A stretch of 64,000 bases of DNA from assembly GCA_026413965.1 (NCBI GenBank), contig JAOAJY010000001.1, positions 125,275-189,274 on the forward strand. Direction: 5' to 3'. Position 1 is the stretch's first letter; each line of letters starts with the position of its first letter. A program made the translations under genes and the position numbers. This document shows positions 45,772 to 55,377 of this stretch, in pieces. The stretch is from Candidatus Micrarchaeota archaeon (GTDB lineage Archaea > Micrarchaeota > Micrarchaeia > Anstonellales > Anstonellaceae). The notes under the pieces were generated by a model that made no database searches, was not told where the DNA came from, and saw only the letters and a program-made list of their open reading frames with translations.

Positions 45772-46119
45772 ATGGATATGAAAGAGCTTTTTTTGAAAAT
45801 CAAGCCAAGCTCAATCCTTCTTTTGCTCAAAGACAGCCAGCAATCCTGGTATCCATCCAAGCTTGCCAGGGCATCAGGAGCATCCTATGTCCACACGGTC
45901 AATCTCCTTGGCAAGCTCAGGAAGGCAAATGTCGTGTCTCTTGAGAAAAAAGGCAAGCAAACCTGCTACAGGCTCACTGAGAAAGGGGCGCATCTTGCCC
46001 TCTCGCTTGACGACTTTTCAAAAAAATGCGACTCCCTTGCCGCCGATTCGGAAAAGGCTGCGCCACAGCAGCAGCCATCGCCTCAGCCGCCCCAAGACAA
46101 GCCTTTGCAGCAGAAATGA
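45772..46119 (+). CDS. winged-helix DNA-binding protein with Pro/Gln-rich tail
   Basis: SKLARASGASYVHTVNLLGKLRKANVVSLEKKGKQTCYRLTEKG is HTH-wing like. Confidence 0.4.
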   Translation: MDMKELFLKIKPSSILLLLKDSQQSWYPSKLARASGASYVHTVNLLGKLRKANVVSLEKKGKQTCYRLTEKGAHLALSLDDFSKKCDSLAADSEKAAPQQQPSPQPPQDKPLQQK

Positions 46120-46152
46120 ATTAAGTATTTATATCTTGCACAAGCTTTTCAT

Positions 46153-46683
46153 TTGGTGATACTCTTGCCGTCAGCAAAGCAAGCATCCGCATCAACGCAG
46201 GCGCCCCTCAAGCCCATGCTTCATTTTTTGCCTGAGGGCTTGCCCAGGAAAGCTGCCGAGTTTTTGGTTGCAATCATCCCAGGCGCGATTTTGCTTTTCG
46301 CCTTTTTCATAGCTGCTGAGGCAACGGTGGCGATTTTCACGGGAGAGAAAGGCAACAGCTTCATGTCTGTGATTTTTCTTCCTGTCATCTGCTTGCTCCC
46401 CCTGCTTTCCGGGGTGGTGTCTGCTCTCATTTTGGAGAAGCTTCGCAGAGCCCAAGTCAGCGTTGTTGATGGGGCGGTTGCAGGGGCAGCCTCAGCAATG
46501 GCAGGCTCAGCCGCCTCCTCGTTCGTGCTTGTCGCCCTTGACATCGCCTTGAGGCTGCACCCATTCGGCAATTCAATAACCGGGCTGATGCTGGCTCTTG
46601 TGATGGCTTTTGTGGTTGCCATGGACACTCTGCTTGGAGCTATCGGCGGCGGGATGACCGCGAAATTCCTCAAGGATTTCTGA
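46153..46683 (+). CDS. hypothetical membrane protein (in frame with the next ORF across a single TGA)
   Basis: Four to five predicted TM helices. Stop TGA at 46681-46683 is followed by GCC then ATG in the same frame. Confidence 0.4.
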   Translation: MVILLPSAKQASASTQAPLKPMLHFLPEGLPRKAAEFLVAIIPGAILLFAFFIAAEATVAIFTGEKGNSFMSVIFLPVICLLPLLSGVVSALILEKLRRAQVSVVDGAVAGAASAMAGSAASSFVLVALDIALRLHPFGNSITGLMLALVMAFVVAMDTLLGAIGGGMTAKFLKDF

Positions 46684-46686
46684 GCC

Positions 46687-47679
46687 ATGGCGCCTCCTCT
46701 GGATTTTTCAGGGCAATCCTTCGCATTCAGCGCAGCCATTTTGGCTGCAACCATCTCCATACTCTTGGGCGGCATGCTTTTTGGGGTGGGGCTTGCTTTT
46801 GGGCTCAGGAGAATAAGGCTTGCCGGGCAGGAGGAAATAGCCCAAGGCATAATATCGGCAGCAATGGCAGGCGGCATCATATCATTTGCTGTCCTTTTGG
46901 ACTCGCTTTCTGCGCAGGCGGCTTTCGGCTCTTCCCTGCCAGTCTGCCCATCGGTCCAAAATCCCAGCCAGTCTGCCTTTTCGGCATATCTTTGCCATCT
47001 TGAAAGCAGGGCGCAGGCTTATCTTAGGCTGGCAGGCGCGCTTTCAAGGTCCTCGGACATATGCGGGTTCGCAGGCTCGCTTGTGGTTTCAGCAGGGGCA
47101 GTGCAAGCCCAGCCTTTCTTCTCCCTGGAGGCTGCCTCAAAGTCTCTCTTTGGCCTTTCGCAAGATGCCTACTGGCTGCATGCAATCGCTTCCATGCAGT
47201 TTCAGGCTGCTGATGCCTTGAGGGCAGGCGCCCTGCTGGTGTTTCTTCCTGCTGGGCTGCTCTTGAGGACTTTTTTTGCCACCAGAAAGATAGGCGCAGC
47301 GGCAATGGCTGCCGCAGTCTCCATATACATGTTTTTTCCGCTTCTCTTCCTTTACACATTTCCGGCAAGCAAAGCCCTTGCCGAGTCCCAAAGGGCAGCT
47401 GAGGCTTCGGAAGAGTTCAACTCGCAGTTTGCTTCCATCCCTCTTCTTGACTTGGAGCAGCCTTCTTCCGTCAGGAGCAAAATGGACTTCATGGCGCAGC
47501 AGGATTTCAGCTCCCGCCTGCAGCCCATCTTTTCGCTCTCCTCCCGCGCGGTTGCCTTAGGATTCCCAGACTTGGTCCTTTACCCAATCCTCTCTCTTCT
47601 GCTTTCTCTTGTTGCTGCAGCCCAGCTTTACAGCATATTCTCCATGCAGATATTTTTGCCAAGATACGATTTGATATGA
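46687..47679 (+). CDS. hypothetical membrane protein
   Basis: Multiple TM helices. Same frame as the upstream ORF. Confidence 0.4.
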   Translation: MAPPLDFSGQSFAFSAAILAATISILLGGMLFGVGLAFGLRRIRLAGQEEIAQGIISAAMAGGIISFAVLLDSLSAQAAFGSSLPVCPSVQNPSQSAFSAYLCHLESRAQAYLRLAGALSRSSDICGFAGSLVVSAGAVQAQPFFSLEAASKSLFGLSQDAYWLHAIASMQFQAADALRAGALLVFLPAGLLLRTFFATRKIGAAAMAAAVSIYMFFPLLFLYTFPASKALAESQRAAEASEEFNSQFASIPLLDLEQPSSVRSKMDFMAQQDFSSRLQPIFSLSSRAVALGFPDLVLYPILSLLLSLVAAAQLYSIFSMQIFLPRYDLI

Positions 47680-48153
47680 CTAAAGGCTTTTTTCAAAAAG
47701 AGAAAGCGCCTTCCTTATTTTCTCAAAGGAGGTCTCCATCCTCTGCCTGTAGATGTGCGCCAGCGCCTCAGCCAAATCGTCGTTTTCCTGCTGGGGAGCC
47801 AGCACGAAGCGGTATTTTCTCCTTTTGCTTTCTATAAGCCCCAGCTTCTTGAGCTGAAGAAGATGGTATCTGACGGCTTTTGGGTTGGGCTCGGCTTTTT
47901 TCACCTGCCGAACCTTCTCAAGTATCTGGTGTATGTCTGGCTCGCTTCCGCCCTGCCTCATCTGATAATGCAAAGCCAAAAGAGCCTCCAGAACCTCAAG
48001 AAGGCCGGTCCGGGATTCTCTTGGCGAAATCAGCCCCAAAGACAAGGCAAGATATCTCACCAAGCCCTTTCTTGTCAGCTTCACATCCTCTGTCAGCTGC
48101 AAATCGCGGACGAGGCACTCCCCTCTTATAAGCGCGCTTTCAGGCATTTGCAT
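47680..48153 (-). CDS. winged-helix (ArsR-like) DNA-binding protein
   Basis: AVRYHLLQLKKLGLIESKRRKYRFV is an HTH recognition helix plus wing. Confidence 0.4.
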   Translation of the reverse strand: MQMPESALIRGECLVRDLQLTEDVKLTRKGLVRYLALSLGLISPRESRTGLLEVLEALLALHYQMRQGGSEPDIHQILEKVRQVKKAEPNPKAVRYHLLQLKKLGLIESKRRKYRFVLAPQQENDDLAEALAHIYRQRMETSFEKIRKALSLFEKSL

Positions 48154-48212
48154 GCTTTAGCCTGCTCACACAAGATTAAAAAGTTCCACGGAATTATCAT
48201 TGTGGTGAAAGC

Positions 48213-48578
48213 GTGCTCAACCCCTCCACCCACTTTTCCCCCATACGCATGGAGGCTTACGTGAGAAACGAGGTTGAGATGGAAGTTTCGGTCAAAAACG
48301 AGGGCAACGAGCCTCTTTGGGTGGAGGCGGACGTGGCTGTGCCTGAAGCAATATCTCTTGCCCCTGACAGGCTGCTTTCACGAGGAAGAATGCGCATAGG
48401 GATAGCGCTTCCGGGCGAAAGGATATCAAAGAAAGTGAAGATTTTCGGGGGAGCCAGCTCTTATCCTGACACATACGCCATCCGCATCACATTTTTCGGC
48501 TATGGGAAGGACGGCACAATCGCGCAAAGGTGCGAGCTTAGGTCTGACTTGCGCTGCGAGAGGGCAGGGCATGCCTGA
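48213..48578 (+). CDS. hypothetical protein with CARDB-like beta-sandwich segment
   Basis: VEMEVSVKNEGNEPLWVEADV resembles CARDB strands. Confidence 0.3.
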   Translation: MLNPSTHFSPIRMEAYVRNEVEMEVSVKNEGNEPLWVEADVAVPEAISLAPDRLLSRGRMRIGIALPGERISKKVKIFGGASSYPDTYAIRITFFGYGKDGTIAQRCELRSDLRCERAGHA

Positions 48579-49074
48579 TTCATCCATCCAGCATTTGCAA
48601 GCGCGGCTGCTTTTTCTCTTCAGCCTCTTTCTTGGCGCAGCCTTCTTTTTCCTCGGTGTGCTGGACGGCTTGTTTTTCCAGCCTCCTGAGTATTCAAAAA
48701 GCGCCTTTGGGATGGCTTTTTCAAGGGAGGACCTATATTACGCCTCCCTGACCTTGTCGGTTGCGCTTTTTTGCGCAGCCTTTGCCTTGGCAGCCGAGAT
48801 AGGGCGGTCCATCAAGCCATCTGCCCTCAGGTTTTTTCTTTTCGCCTCAGCTAGCTCAATCCTGTTTTCTGTCTGGATTTGGGCTATTGGGTGGATGCAA
48901 ATCTCCCCGACAATGTTTTCAGGGGCAAACAAGCCTCTTGATTTGTGGCGCTTTGGAGGCACAGCAATCTACATAAACACATTTGATTTTCCTCTGCTTA
49001 TCGCAGCTTCGCTTGCCGCCCACATCCTGCTTATCTATCAAGCCTCAAAGACAAGCTGGCTTTCGCAAGGCTAA
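48571..49074 (+). CDS. hypothetical membrane protein
   Basis: Four hydrophobic helices. Start set at an internal Met to avoid overlap with the upstream ORF. Confidence 0.35.
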   Translation: MPDSSIQHLQARLLFLFSLFLGAAFFFLGVLDGLFFQPPEYSKSAFGMAFSREDLYYASLTLSVALFCAAFALAAEIGRSIKPSALRFFLFASASSILFSVWIWAIGWMQISPTMFSGANKPLDLWRFGGTAIYINTFDFPLLIAASLAAHILLIYQASKTSWLSQG

Positions 49075-49682
49075 TCCCATCCCTCAGCTTTTCTTGCCAC
49101 AATAGGCTCAACTTGCGCAAGAACATGCGAAAAAACCTCGTCCTTTGGCTTGGAGGCATCAATGACTGCGTACTTGTAGGACAAGAAGCCCTCCCTGGCC
49201 ATCCGAAGGTAGTTCTTGCGGACTTTCTCCAAGAATGCTACATCGCGCTCGTGCCTGTCAGGCGATTTTTGGCTTCTTTTCCTTGCCGCCCCTTCCTTTG
49301 CAGCTATGTCCATCACCAAAACCAATTCAGGCACAACCGCGCGGCTTTCCAAAAGCATCTTCTTGACTTTCCCATAGCCAGCTGATGCGCCTTGGTATGC
49401 CAGCGTGGAGTGGAAATACCTGTCGCACACCACCACCAGCCCCTGCCTGATCTCCTGCATTATCTTGCTTTGCTCTTTCAGCATGTCCTGCGCAAAAATT
49501 TCGGCAAGCCGGCAGGCAGGGACCTCCTTCTCCCCATAAAGATGCTGCAGAGCCTCTTTGGCTTTTCTTGTTGGGTATTTGTGCACCTTGTGCCCTATCC
49601 TGCTCTGCCTGAAAAACCTGGAAAGCATGCCCACCTGGATTCCCTTTCCTGAGCCGTCTATGCCCTCAAAGACAATCAGCAT
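49071..49682 (-). CDS. tmk: thymidylate kinase
   Basis: MLIVFEGIDGSGKG P-loop and a DRY-like VVCDRYFHS. Confidence 0.8.
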   Translation of the reverse strand: MLIVFEGIDGSGKGIQVGMLSRFFRQSRIGHKVHKYPTRKAKEALQHLYGEKEVPACRLAEIFAQDMLKEQSKIMQEIRQGLVVVCDRYFHSTLAYQGASAGYGKVKKMLLESRAVVPELVLVMDIAAKEGAARKRSQKSPDRHERDVAFLEKVRKNYLRMAREGFLSYKYAVIDASKPKDEVFSHVLAQVEPIVARKAEGWD

Positions 49683-49734
49683 GCATCTTCAATCGCCTGC
49701 ATCCAATTTAAACGGTTATCCTATAACCTTTACC

Positions 49735-50706
49735 ATGGGCACAATATTGGTCACAGGAGCAGCAGGCAGGCTGGGCTCGCTGGTTTGCTCTGCTCTCCTT
49801 TCAGAAGGCTATTTTGTGCGAGGAATCGTGAAGCCGGGCTCAAAAGCCTCTCTTCCAGCTGGCGCTGAGAGGGAAGAAGCAGATTTGGTACTTCCCATTC
49901 CAGCCTCCGCATTCTCAGACGTTGAGGCGGTGGTTCATTGCGCAGGGCTTGTGGGCGAAAAGCCATACGGCCAGCTTCTGGTGCACAACGCTTTTGCAGT
50001 CAAAAACCTTCTTGCAAGCTGCCCTGAAAGCGTTGAAAAAATCATCCTGGCAAGCTCCATATCAGTCTATGGGCAGCATCCAGGGGTGGTGGCAGACGAG
50101 TCCTTTCCGACCAATCCTGACACCAACTATGGAAAAAGCAAGCTTCTTGCGGAAATGTTCGCAAGAGACTACAGGGACGCAAAATCCATCTGCTTGCTCA
50201 GGTTTGGCATGATATACGGCTCCTCTTTCACAGACGGGTATTTTCAAGTCCTAAGCATGCTGCAAAGCGGAAAGATGAGGATTGTGGGGGATGGGCGCAA
50301 CCGCCTGCCTCTTTTGCACCAAGCGGATGCGGTTTCTTCTGTCTTTGAGGCGCTGAATTCATGCCGCCCTGGATGCCATGAGTACAACATCGTGGGGTGC
50401 GAGCAAAAGACGCAGCGGGAGCTTCTTTCAATAGCCGCAGGCTTTCTGGGCGTGCCTGCCCCGTCCAAGTCTGTGCCTGCTTTTGCCGCAATCCTGGCTG
50501 TTAAAGCCCAGAGGGCTCTTTCTTTTTTGAGGCTCGCCAAGCCGCCCAGCCTGACAGAGGAGAACATAAGGCAGCTCTCATCAGACAGGGCATACTCCAC
50601 AGACAAGGCAAGGAAGGAGCTGGGCTTTGAGGCAAAGGTTAAATTAGAGGATGGCATCAACGAAGTGGTGCAAAGCTATCTCTCCTGGAGGAGAGGGAGC
50701 AAGTGA
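49735..50706 (+). CDS. NAD-dependent epimerase/dehydratase family protein
   Basis: MGTILVTGAAGRLGS Rossmann start and a YGKSK catalytic dyad. The upstream ORF extension is divergent-promoter sequence. Confidence 0.65.
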   Translation: MGTILVTGAAGRLGSLVCSALLSEGYFVRGIVKPGSKASLPAGAEREEADLVLPIPASAFSDVEAVVHCAGLVGEKPYGQLLVHNAFAVKNLLASCPESVEKIILASSISVYGQHPGVVADESFPTNPDTNYGKSKLLAEMFARDYRDAKSICLLRFGMIYGSSFTDGYFQVLSMLQSGKMRIVGDGRNRLPLLHQADAVSSVFEALNSCRPGCHEYNIVGCEQKTQRELLSIAAGFLGVPAPSKSVPAFAAILAVKAQRALSFLRLAKPPSLTEENIRQLSSDRAYSTDKARKELGFEAKVKLEDGINEVVQSYLSWRRGSK

Positions 50707-50710
50707 TTGG

Positions 50711-51478
50711 ATGGGCAAGGTTGAAAATTACATAAAAGAGGGCATCGCAAGCAAAGGCGGGCTTCTTTTTGCCCTAATAGACCCGGTGGATTACCCAAGC
50801 CCAAAGCAGGCGATTGAAGCAGGGATAAGCTCTTCTGAGGCAGGGGCAGACATTGTGCTTATTGGAGGAAGCATAGGGGCGCAGGGAGAGCTTTTGGACA
50901 ATGTGGCTTGCGGGATAAAGGACAAATCCAGCGCCCCAGTCGTCCTCTTCCCAGGCAACATCTCCACAGTCACAAAGCATGCGGATGCGATTTACTTCAT
51001 GTCTCTTCTCAACAGCAGAAACCCATATTGGATTTCTCAGGCGCAGGCGCTCTCCGCCAGGATAGTCAAGCAGATGGGCATTGAGGCTCTTCCAGTTGGA
51101 TATATAGTTGTTGAGCCAGGAGGGACGGTGGGGTGGGTTGGCGATGTGAATTTGGTCCCCCGCGACAAGCCGCACATAGCGGCTTCTCTTGCGATGGCAG
51201 CAGAGCTCAGCGGCTCGCGCATGGTCTTGACTGATTGCGGAAGCAACCCCAAGGAAGGGCATATCCCGCTTGAGATGGTATCAGCAGTGGCAAAATCCAT
51301 ATCAGTCCCATACATAGTGGGCGGCGGCGTGCGCACTCCAAAAGAGGCAGCTGCTGTGATATCTGCCGGCGCCGGAGCGGTGCAGGTGGGGACTGCTCTT
51401 GAAAGAGGGGGGAATGTGGGAAAAAGGGTTGCCGAGCTTGCCAGAGCCGTGCTTGAGGCAGGCAAGAAAAAAATCTGA
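50711..51478 (+). CDS. geranylgeranylglyceryl phosphate synthase (PcrB family)
   Basis: LIGGSIG and YIVGGGVRTP phosphate-binding motifs. Size about 255 aa. Confidence 0.8.
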   Translation: MGKVENYIKEGIASKGGLLFALIDPVDYPSPKQAIEAGISSSEAGADIVLIGGSIGAQGELLDNVACGIKDKSSAPVVLFPGNISTVTKHADAIYFMSLLNSRNPYWISQAQALSARIVKQMGIEALPVGYIVVEPGGTVGWVGDVNLVPRDKPHIAASLAMAAELSGSRMVLTDCGSNPKEGHIPLEMVSAVAKSISVPYIVGGGVRTPKEAAAVISAGAGAVQVGTALERGGNVGKRVAELARAVLEAGKKKI

Positions 51479-51493
51479 TTCAGGCAAATCCCT

Positions 51494-52105
51494 GTGGTTG
51501 AGATGGAGATCTCGTTTGGCAGCCTCAGGATTTCTGTCTGCGAGTCAGTCTATCAGCCTTCAGAAGACTCCTTCCTTCTTGCTGCATATGCCTCCTCGCT
51601 GTCTGGAAAGATTTTGGACATGGGGACTGGCACAGGCATCGTTGCCCTTGCGGCAGCATCCTCCAATCCGCGCAATGATGTTGTCGGGCTGGACATCAGC
51701 CAAAAAGCGGTGGAGTGCGCAAAAAAGAACGCCGCAGCAAACGGAGTCTCCAACGCGGTTTTTTTCCAATCAGACCTTTTCTCAGCCACCAGCGAGAAAT
51801 TTGACGCCATCCTTTTCAACCCCCCCTATCTTCCGACAACAAGGGAGGAGAGGCTTTTGCTTGGGGATGAGAATTTGGCTTATGATGGCGGCGAATCCGG
51901 GCTTGAGGTATTCCGCAGGTTCGTTTCCCAAGCCCCAAGCCATCTTTTCTTGGGCGGCAAAATCGCAGTCATAGGCACTTCTCTTGGGGATGGGATAGAA
52001 AAGGCAATGGAGGAGCTTGAGTCAAGGGTGGGGCCCGCATCCGTGCTTGCGCAAGAATCCTTCTTTTTTGAGAAGATAGCCTTGATTGAAGCGGTGTTGA
52101 GATGA
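51494..52105 (+). CDS. HemK/Mtq2-like protein N5-glutamine methyltransferase
   Basis: VYQPSEDSFLL, SAM motif ILDMGTGTGIV, NPPYLP. Confidence 0.65.
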   Translation: MVEMEISFGSLRISVCESVYQPSEDSFLLAAYASSLSGKILDMGTGTGIVALAAASSNPRNDVVGLDISQKAVECAKKNAAANGVSNAVFFQSDLFSATSEKFDAILFNPPYLPTTREERLLLGDENLAYDGGESGLEVFRRFVSQAPSHLFLGGKIAVIGTSLGDGIEKAMEELESRVGPASVLAQESFFFEKIALIEAVLR

Positions 52106-52863
52106 GCCAAGGGAGATTCCGCATTGTCTTGGTTGAGCCAGAGTATGAAATCAACGTCGGCTCGGTTGCCCGCGCCATGAAGAATTTCGGGTTCTCCGAG
52201 CTTTTTTTGGTCAAGCCAAAATGCGACCACCTGGGATTTGACGCAGTGAAATTCTCCAAGCACGCTCGGGATGTTTTGGAGGGCGCAAAGGTTGTGCAGA
52301 CTTTGGAGGATGCCTTCGCAGGCTGCAAATTCCGGGTGGGGACGACAGGCGTGCTTTTCCGCCACTGGGACAAGACAATAAGAAGCCCAATCCCAATAAA
52401 GTCCCTTGCAAGCAAGCTGAAAGCCGAAAAGGAAGGGCGGGTGGCGATCCTATTCGGAAATGAGGGGACAGGGCTTTCTGAGCAGGACATTTCCGCATGC
52501 GATTTTCTTGCCACCATCCCGACAAGCAGCCAGTACCCTGTGCTCAACCTCTCGCATGCCGCAGCCATTGTCTTATATGAGCTTTCAGGATTGGAGAGCC
52601 AGGCATTTGTGCCTGCAGGCGAAAAAGAGAAGGAAAAGCTCATCGAAACCTTTTTCCTTTATGTTGAAAGGTATGCCCATGCCATGAGAAATCCCAGAAA
52701 GGCAAAGATAGCATTCAGGCGCATGGTTGGCAAATCCATGCTGACTGACAAAGAGTGCGCCTCTATACTTGGGGTTTTGAGGAGGGCATACCGGGAGCTT
52801 CCAGCTGTTGAAGCCAAAAGGCAAAAGAACAGATGCCATGCAGGCAGAAAAGCCCTTCCTTAG
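52102..52863 (+). CDS. SpoU/TrmH-family RNA 2'-O-methyltransferase (TrmJ-like)
   Basis: RIVLVEPEYEINVGSVARAMKNFG, ILFGNEGTGLS, LNLSHAAAIVLYEL. Confidence 0.65.
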   Translation: MSQGRFRIVLVEPEYEINVGSVARAMKNFGFSELFLVKPKCDHLGFDAVKFSKHARDVLEGAKVVQTLEDAFAGCKFRVGTTGVLFRHWDKTIRSPIPIKSLASKLKAEKEGRVAILFGNEGTGLSEQDISACDFLATIPTSSQYPVLNLSHAAAIVLYELSGLESQAFVPAGEKEKEKLIETFFLYVERYAHAMRNPRKAKIAFRRMVGKSMLTDKECASILGVLRRAYRELPAVEAKRQKNRCHAGRKALP

Positions 52864-53225
52864 CGCTTTTTGCTCTTGACAATCTTGACTTTTGAGGGCG
52901 TCAGCAGTATTTTGTCATTGTCAATCCTGGCGATGTCTCCGTTTATCTTTGTGATGAACATCTTTATGTTGTCAATGGTCTGCCTCAGCTTGTTTGGCTG
53001 CTTGCTCATGGGGGAGACATTGAGAAGGATTATGTTCTTGGCTTTCAGCTCATCCATTATCACTGAGACATCAGCTTCGCTTTCCAAAGCAATAGGCTTC
53101 ACATAAAAGTCTGCTGCCTCATGCAGAACATCCACATTCTCCATCTCAACAGCATTCATGTATTCCTCAAGGTTCATCTCTTTGGATATGCCTATGCTTT
53201 TGGTAATCTTTTCAAGTATGCCCAT
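52860..53225 (-). CDS. sepF: SepF-like (DUF552) cell-division protein
   Basis: 121 aa. VKPIALESEADVSVIMDELKAKNIILLNVSPM resembles the SepF core. Confidence 0.45.
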   Translation of the reverse strand: MGILEKITKSIGISKEMNLEEYMNAVEMENVDVLHEAADFYVKPIALESEADVSVIMDELKAKNIILLNVSPMSKQPNKLRQTIDNIKMFITKINGDIARIDNDKILLTPSKVKIVKSKKR

Positions 53226-53327
53226 CTTACCACCTCAAGCCTGTAGAATACAACAGCATTGCTTTTTCGGTGTATACCTTAATAAGCCTTTTCTCGCCAT
53301 GAAACCTTCCTGCGCCAAGGCGAGCTT

Positions 53328-54569
53328 ATGCCGTCCTTTTCGGAGATTTTGAGCAAACCAACCGTTTTTGCAGACCGCAACGTGCTTTCGCCCCACTATG
53401 TGCCAGAGACGCTGCCATTCAGGGAAAAAGAGATAGAGCGGATAATGGTCTGGCTTTCTCCGGCTTTGAAAAATGAGCGCCCGCGCAACATATTCATCTA
53501 CGGCAAGACTGGGACAGGGAAAACCTGCTCGGTCAAGCACGTGTTGTCCAAGCTCTCCCAGCACAAGTCAAGCGCCTTCTCCTGCTACATAAATTGCAGG
53601 ATGTACAATTCCAGGTACCGTGTCATACAGAAGATAACAAAAGACCTGCTTCCAAGCTTGGACTCCATGGGCTTTGGGCTAGCCATGCTTTATGAGAAGA
53701 TGATGCACTCTGTTGACTTCGGAGATGCGCAGGCAGGCGCAGAGAGCGGAGGGCAGGCTGGCAAAAGGCTCATTGTGGTCCTTGACGAAGTTGACATGGT
53801 GAAAGACCTGGACGACTTGCTTTACACCCTGACCAGGTGCAACGATGAGCTCAAAAGAGGAAGCGTCAGCCTAATAGGGATATCAAACAAGCTTTCATTC
53901 AAGGACCAGCTGGGGCAGCGCTCCAAAAGCTCCCTGTGCGAAAACGAGATGGTCTTCGCCCCATACACCGCAAACCAGCTGCAGTCAATAATTGCCCAGC
54001 GGGCGCAAATCGGTTTCAAGCCAGGGGTGGTGGAGGAGTCCGCAATCAACCTTGCGGCTGCCATAACTGGCCAGGATGTTGGGGATGCAAGATATGCGCT
54101 CAAGCTTCTTATGAAAGCAGGGGAAATAGCGGACGAAAAGGGGCTGTCCAAAATCACAGACAAGGAGGTGGATGAGGCGCGGCGCTCGGTTGACAGGGAT
54201 GTGGTTTTTGAAGCCATCTCCACCCTTCCTGACCATCAGCAGCTGGTTTTGCTGGCTGTTGCCAATTTGGCTTTGGACAAAGGAAAGAACACCCGGCTTG
54301 CGGAAGCAGGCGAGGAGGATGCTCAGCTCCTCATATCAGGCGAGGTTTATGAGGAATACTCCAAAATGTGCAGAAGATACCGCAAGCCAAGAAGAAGCGC
54401 AAGGTGGTACCGCGAATACCTCAACGACTTGGAGATGCTTGGGCTGATAACCACCATAGAATCCGGGGCAGGAATGAGGGGAAGGACCAGGCTCATACGC
54501 ATAGGCTATCCTGCCTCTGATGTGAAAAAGATAGTGGAGAAAAACTTCCAGATAATAGAGTCTCCTTGA
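53328..54569 (+). CDS. orc1: Orc1/Cdc6 replication initiator
   Basis: NIFIYGKTGTGKTCSVKHV, Walker B VVLDEVD, and a C-terminal winged helix. Confidence 0.85.
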   Translation: MPSFSEILSKPTVFADRNVLSPHYVPETLPFREKEIERIMVWLSPALKNERPRNIFIYGKTGTGKTCSVKHVLSKLSQHKSSAFSCYINCRMYNSRYRVIQKITKDLLPSLDSMGFGLAMLYEKMMHSVDFGDAQAGAESGGQAGKRLIVVLDEVDMVKDLDDLLYTLTRCNDELKRGSVSLIGISNKLSFKDQLGQRSKSSLCENEMVFAPYTANQLQSIIAQRAQIGFKPGVVEESAINLAAAITGQDVGDARYALKLLMKAGEIADEKGLSKITDKEVDEARRSVDRDVVFEAISTLPDHQQLVLLAVANLALDKGKNTRLAEAGEEDAQLLISGEVYEEYSKMCRRYRKPRRSARWYREYLNDLEMLGLITTIESGAGMRGRTRLIRIGYPASDVKKIVEKNFQIIESP

Positions 54570-54578
54570 GGTGAGAGC

Positions 54579-55118
54579 ATGCCCTCCCAGCAAAAAACAT
54601 TCTCCCTTCTTTTTGAGTCGCTTTCGCTCAAAAAGCTGCCTCGGATGGGCTGGGTGGCAGAGGGCGCCCCAAGGGAATCTTTGGCGGACCACTCGTTTGG
54701 GGCAGCTGTTATTGCTTTGGCTTTGGCTCGGATGGAGGGGCTGGATGAGAAAGAAGAGGCAAAGCTTGTCCGCATGGCATTGCTTCATGACATGCACGAG
54801 TGCAGGATAGGGGACCTCTCCCGCCTGCAAAGGCAATATGTTGCCGCTGACTGCGTTAGGGCAGAAAAAGAGCTTTTTGGGGGGACGCATCTTGAAGGCG
54901 AGCTGGAGCTTCTGCAGGCAGGCAAGGCAAGCAGGCTGGCAGCGCTTTGCAAAGACGCAGACAAGCTGGACATGCTTTTCCAAGCGATTGACTATTCCAA
55001 CAGGGGAAGCTTGGGGATGGGCAGGTTCATCCGCTCAGCCCTAAAGCAGATAAAGTCCGCCTCCGGCAAAAAGCTTGCCCGGATGGCGCTAAAGAAGCTG
55101 AGAAGGAAAAGGATTTAG
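54579..55118 (+). CDS. HD-domain phosphohydrolase (YfbR-like 5'-nucleotidase)
   Basis: HSFGAA...HDMHECRIGD is an HD motif. Confidence 0.65.
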   Translation: MPSQQKTFSLLFESLSLKKLPRMGWVAEGAPRESLADHSFGAAVIALALARMEGLDEKEEAKLVRMALLHDMHECRIGDLSRLQRQYVAADCVRAEKELFGGTHLEGELELLQAGKASRLAALCKDADKLDMLFQAIDYSNRGSLGMGRFIRSALKQIKSASGKKLARMALKKLRRKRI

Positions 55119-55119
55119 G

Positions 55120-55374
55120 ATGGAGCTTAAAGAGGCAGTTGGATTTGCGGCGGCGATAGCCACCACTTTGGGGTTTCTTCCAAAGACCTATCATGTTTGG
55201 AAAAGCCGGTCAGCCAAGAATATAGAGTGGTGGCTTATCGGGGTTTTCTGGCTTGATGTTGCGCTTTGGTTTGCCTATGGCATGCTGATTGCAAGCAAGC
55301 CCACTTTGGCAGCTTCGGGGCTGATAGGCATTCTGGTCGGATGCATAACCGCTGCGAAGCTCAAATTCGGCTGA
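55120..55374 (+). CDS. PQ-loop/SemiSWEET-like small membrane protein
   Basis: 84 aa with three TM helices. GFLPKTYHVWKSRSAKNIEW resembles the PQ-loop motif. Confidence 0.4.
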   Translation: MELKEAVGFAAAIATTLGFLPKTYHVWKSRSAKNIEWWLIGVFWLDVALWFAYGMLIASKPTLAASGLIGILVGCITAAKLKFG

Positions 55375-55377
55375 GGC

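Noticed and set aside
46681-46683. Selenocysteine recoding at the in-frame TGA
   Set aside because: No SECIS-like structure is evident nearby and no selenoprotein family context exists. A nonsense mutation, an assembly error or two separate genes are more parsimonious.
46221-46880. 219-aa minus-strand ORF overlapping the two membrane-protein ORFs
   Set aside because: It is antisense to hydrophobic-helix-coding sequence. The plus-strand ORFs show regular TM periodicity.
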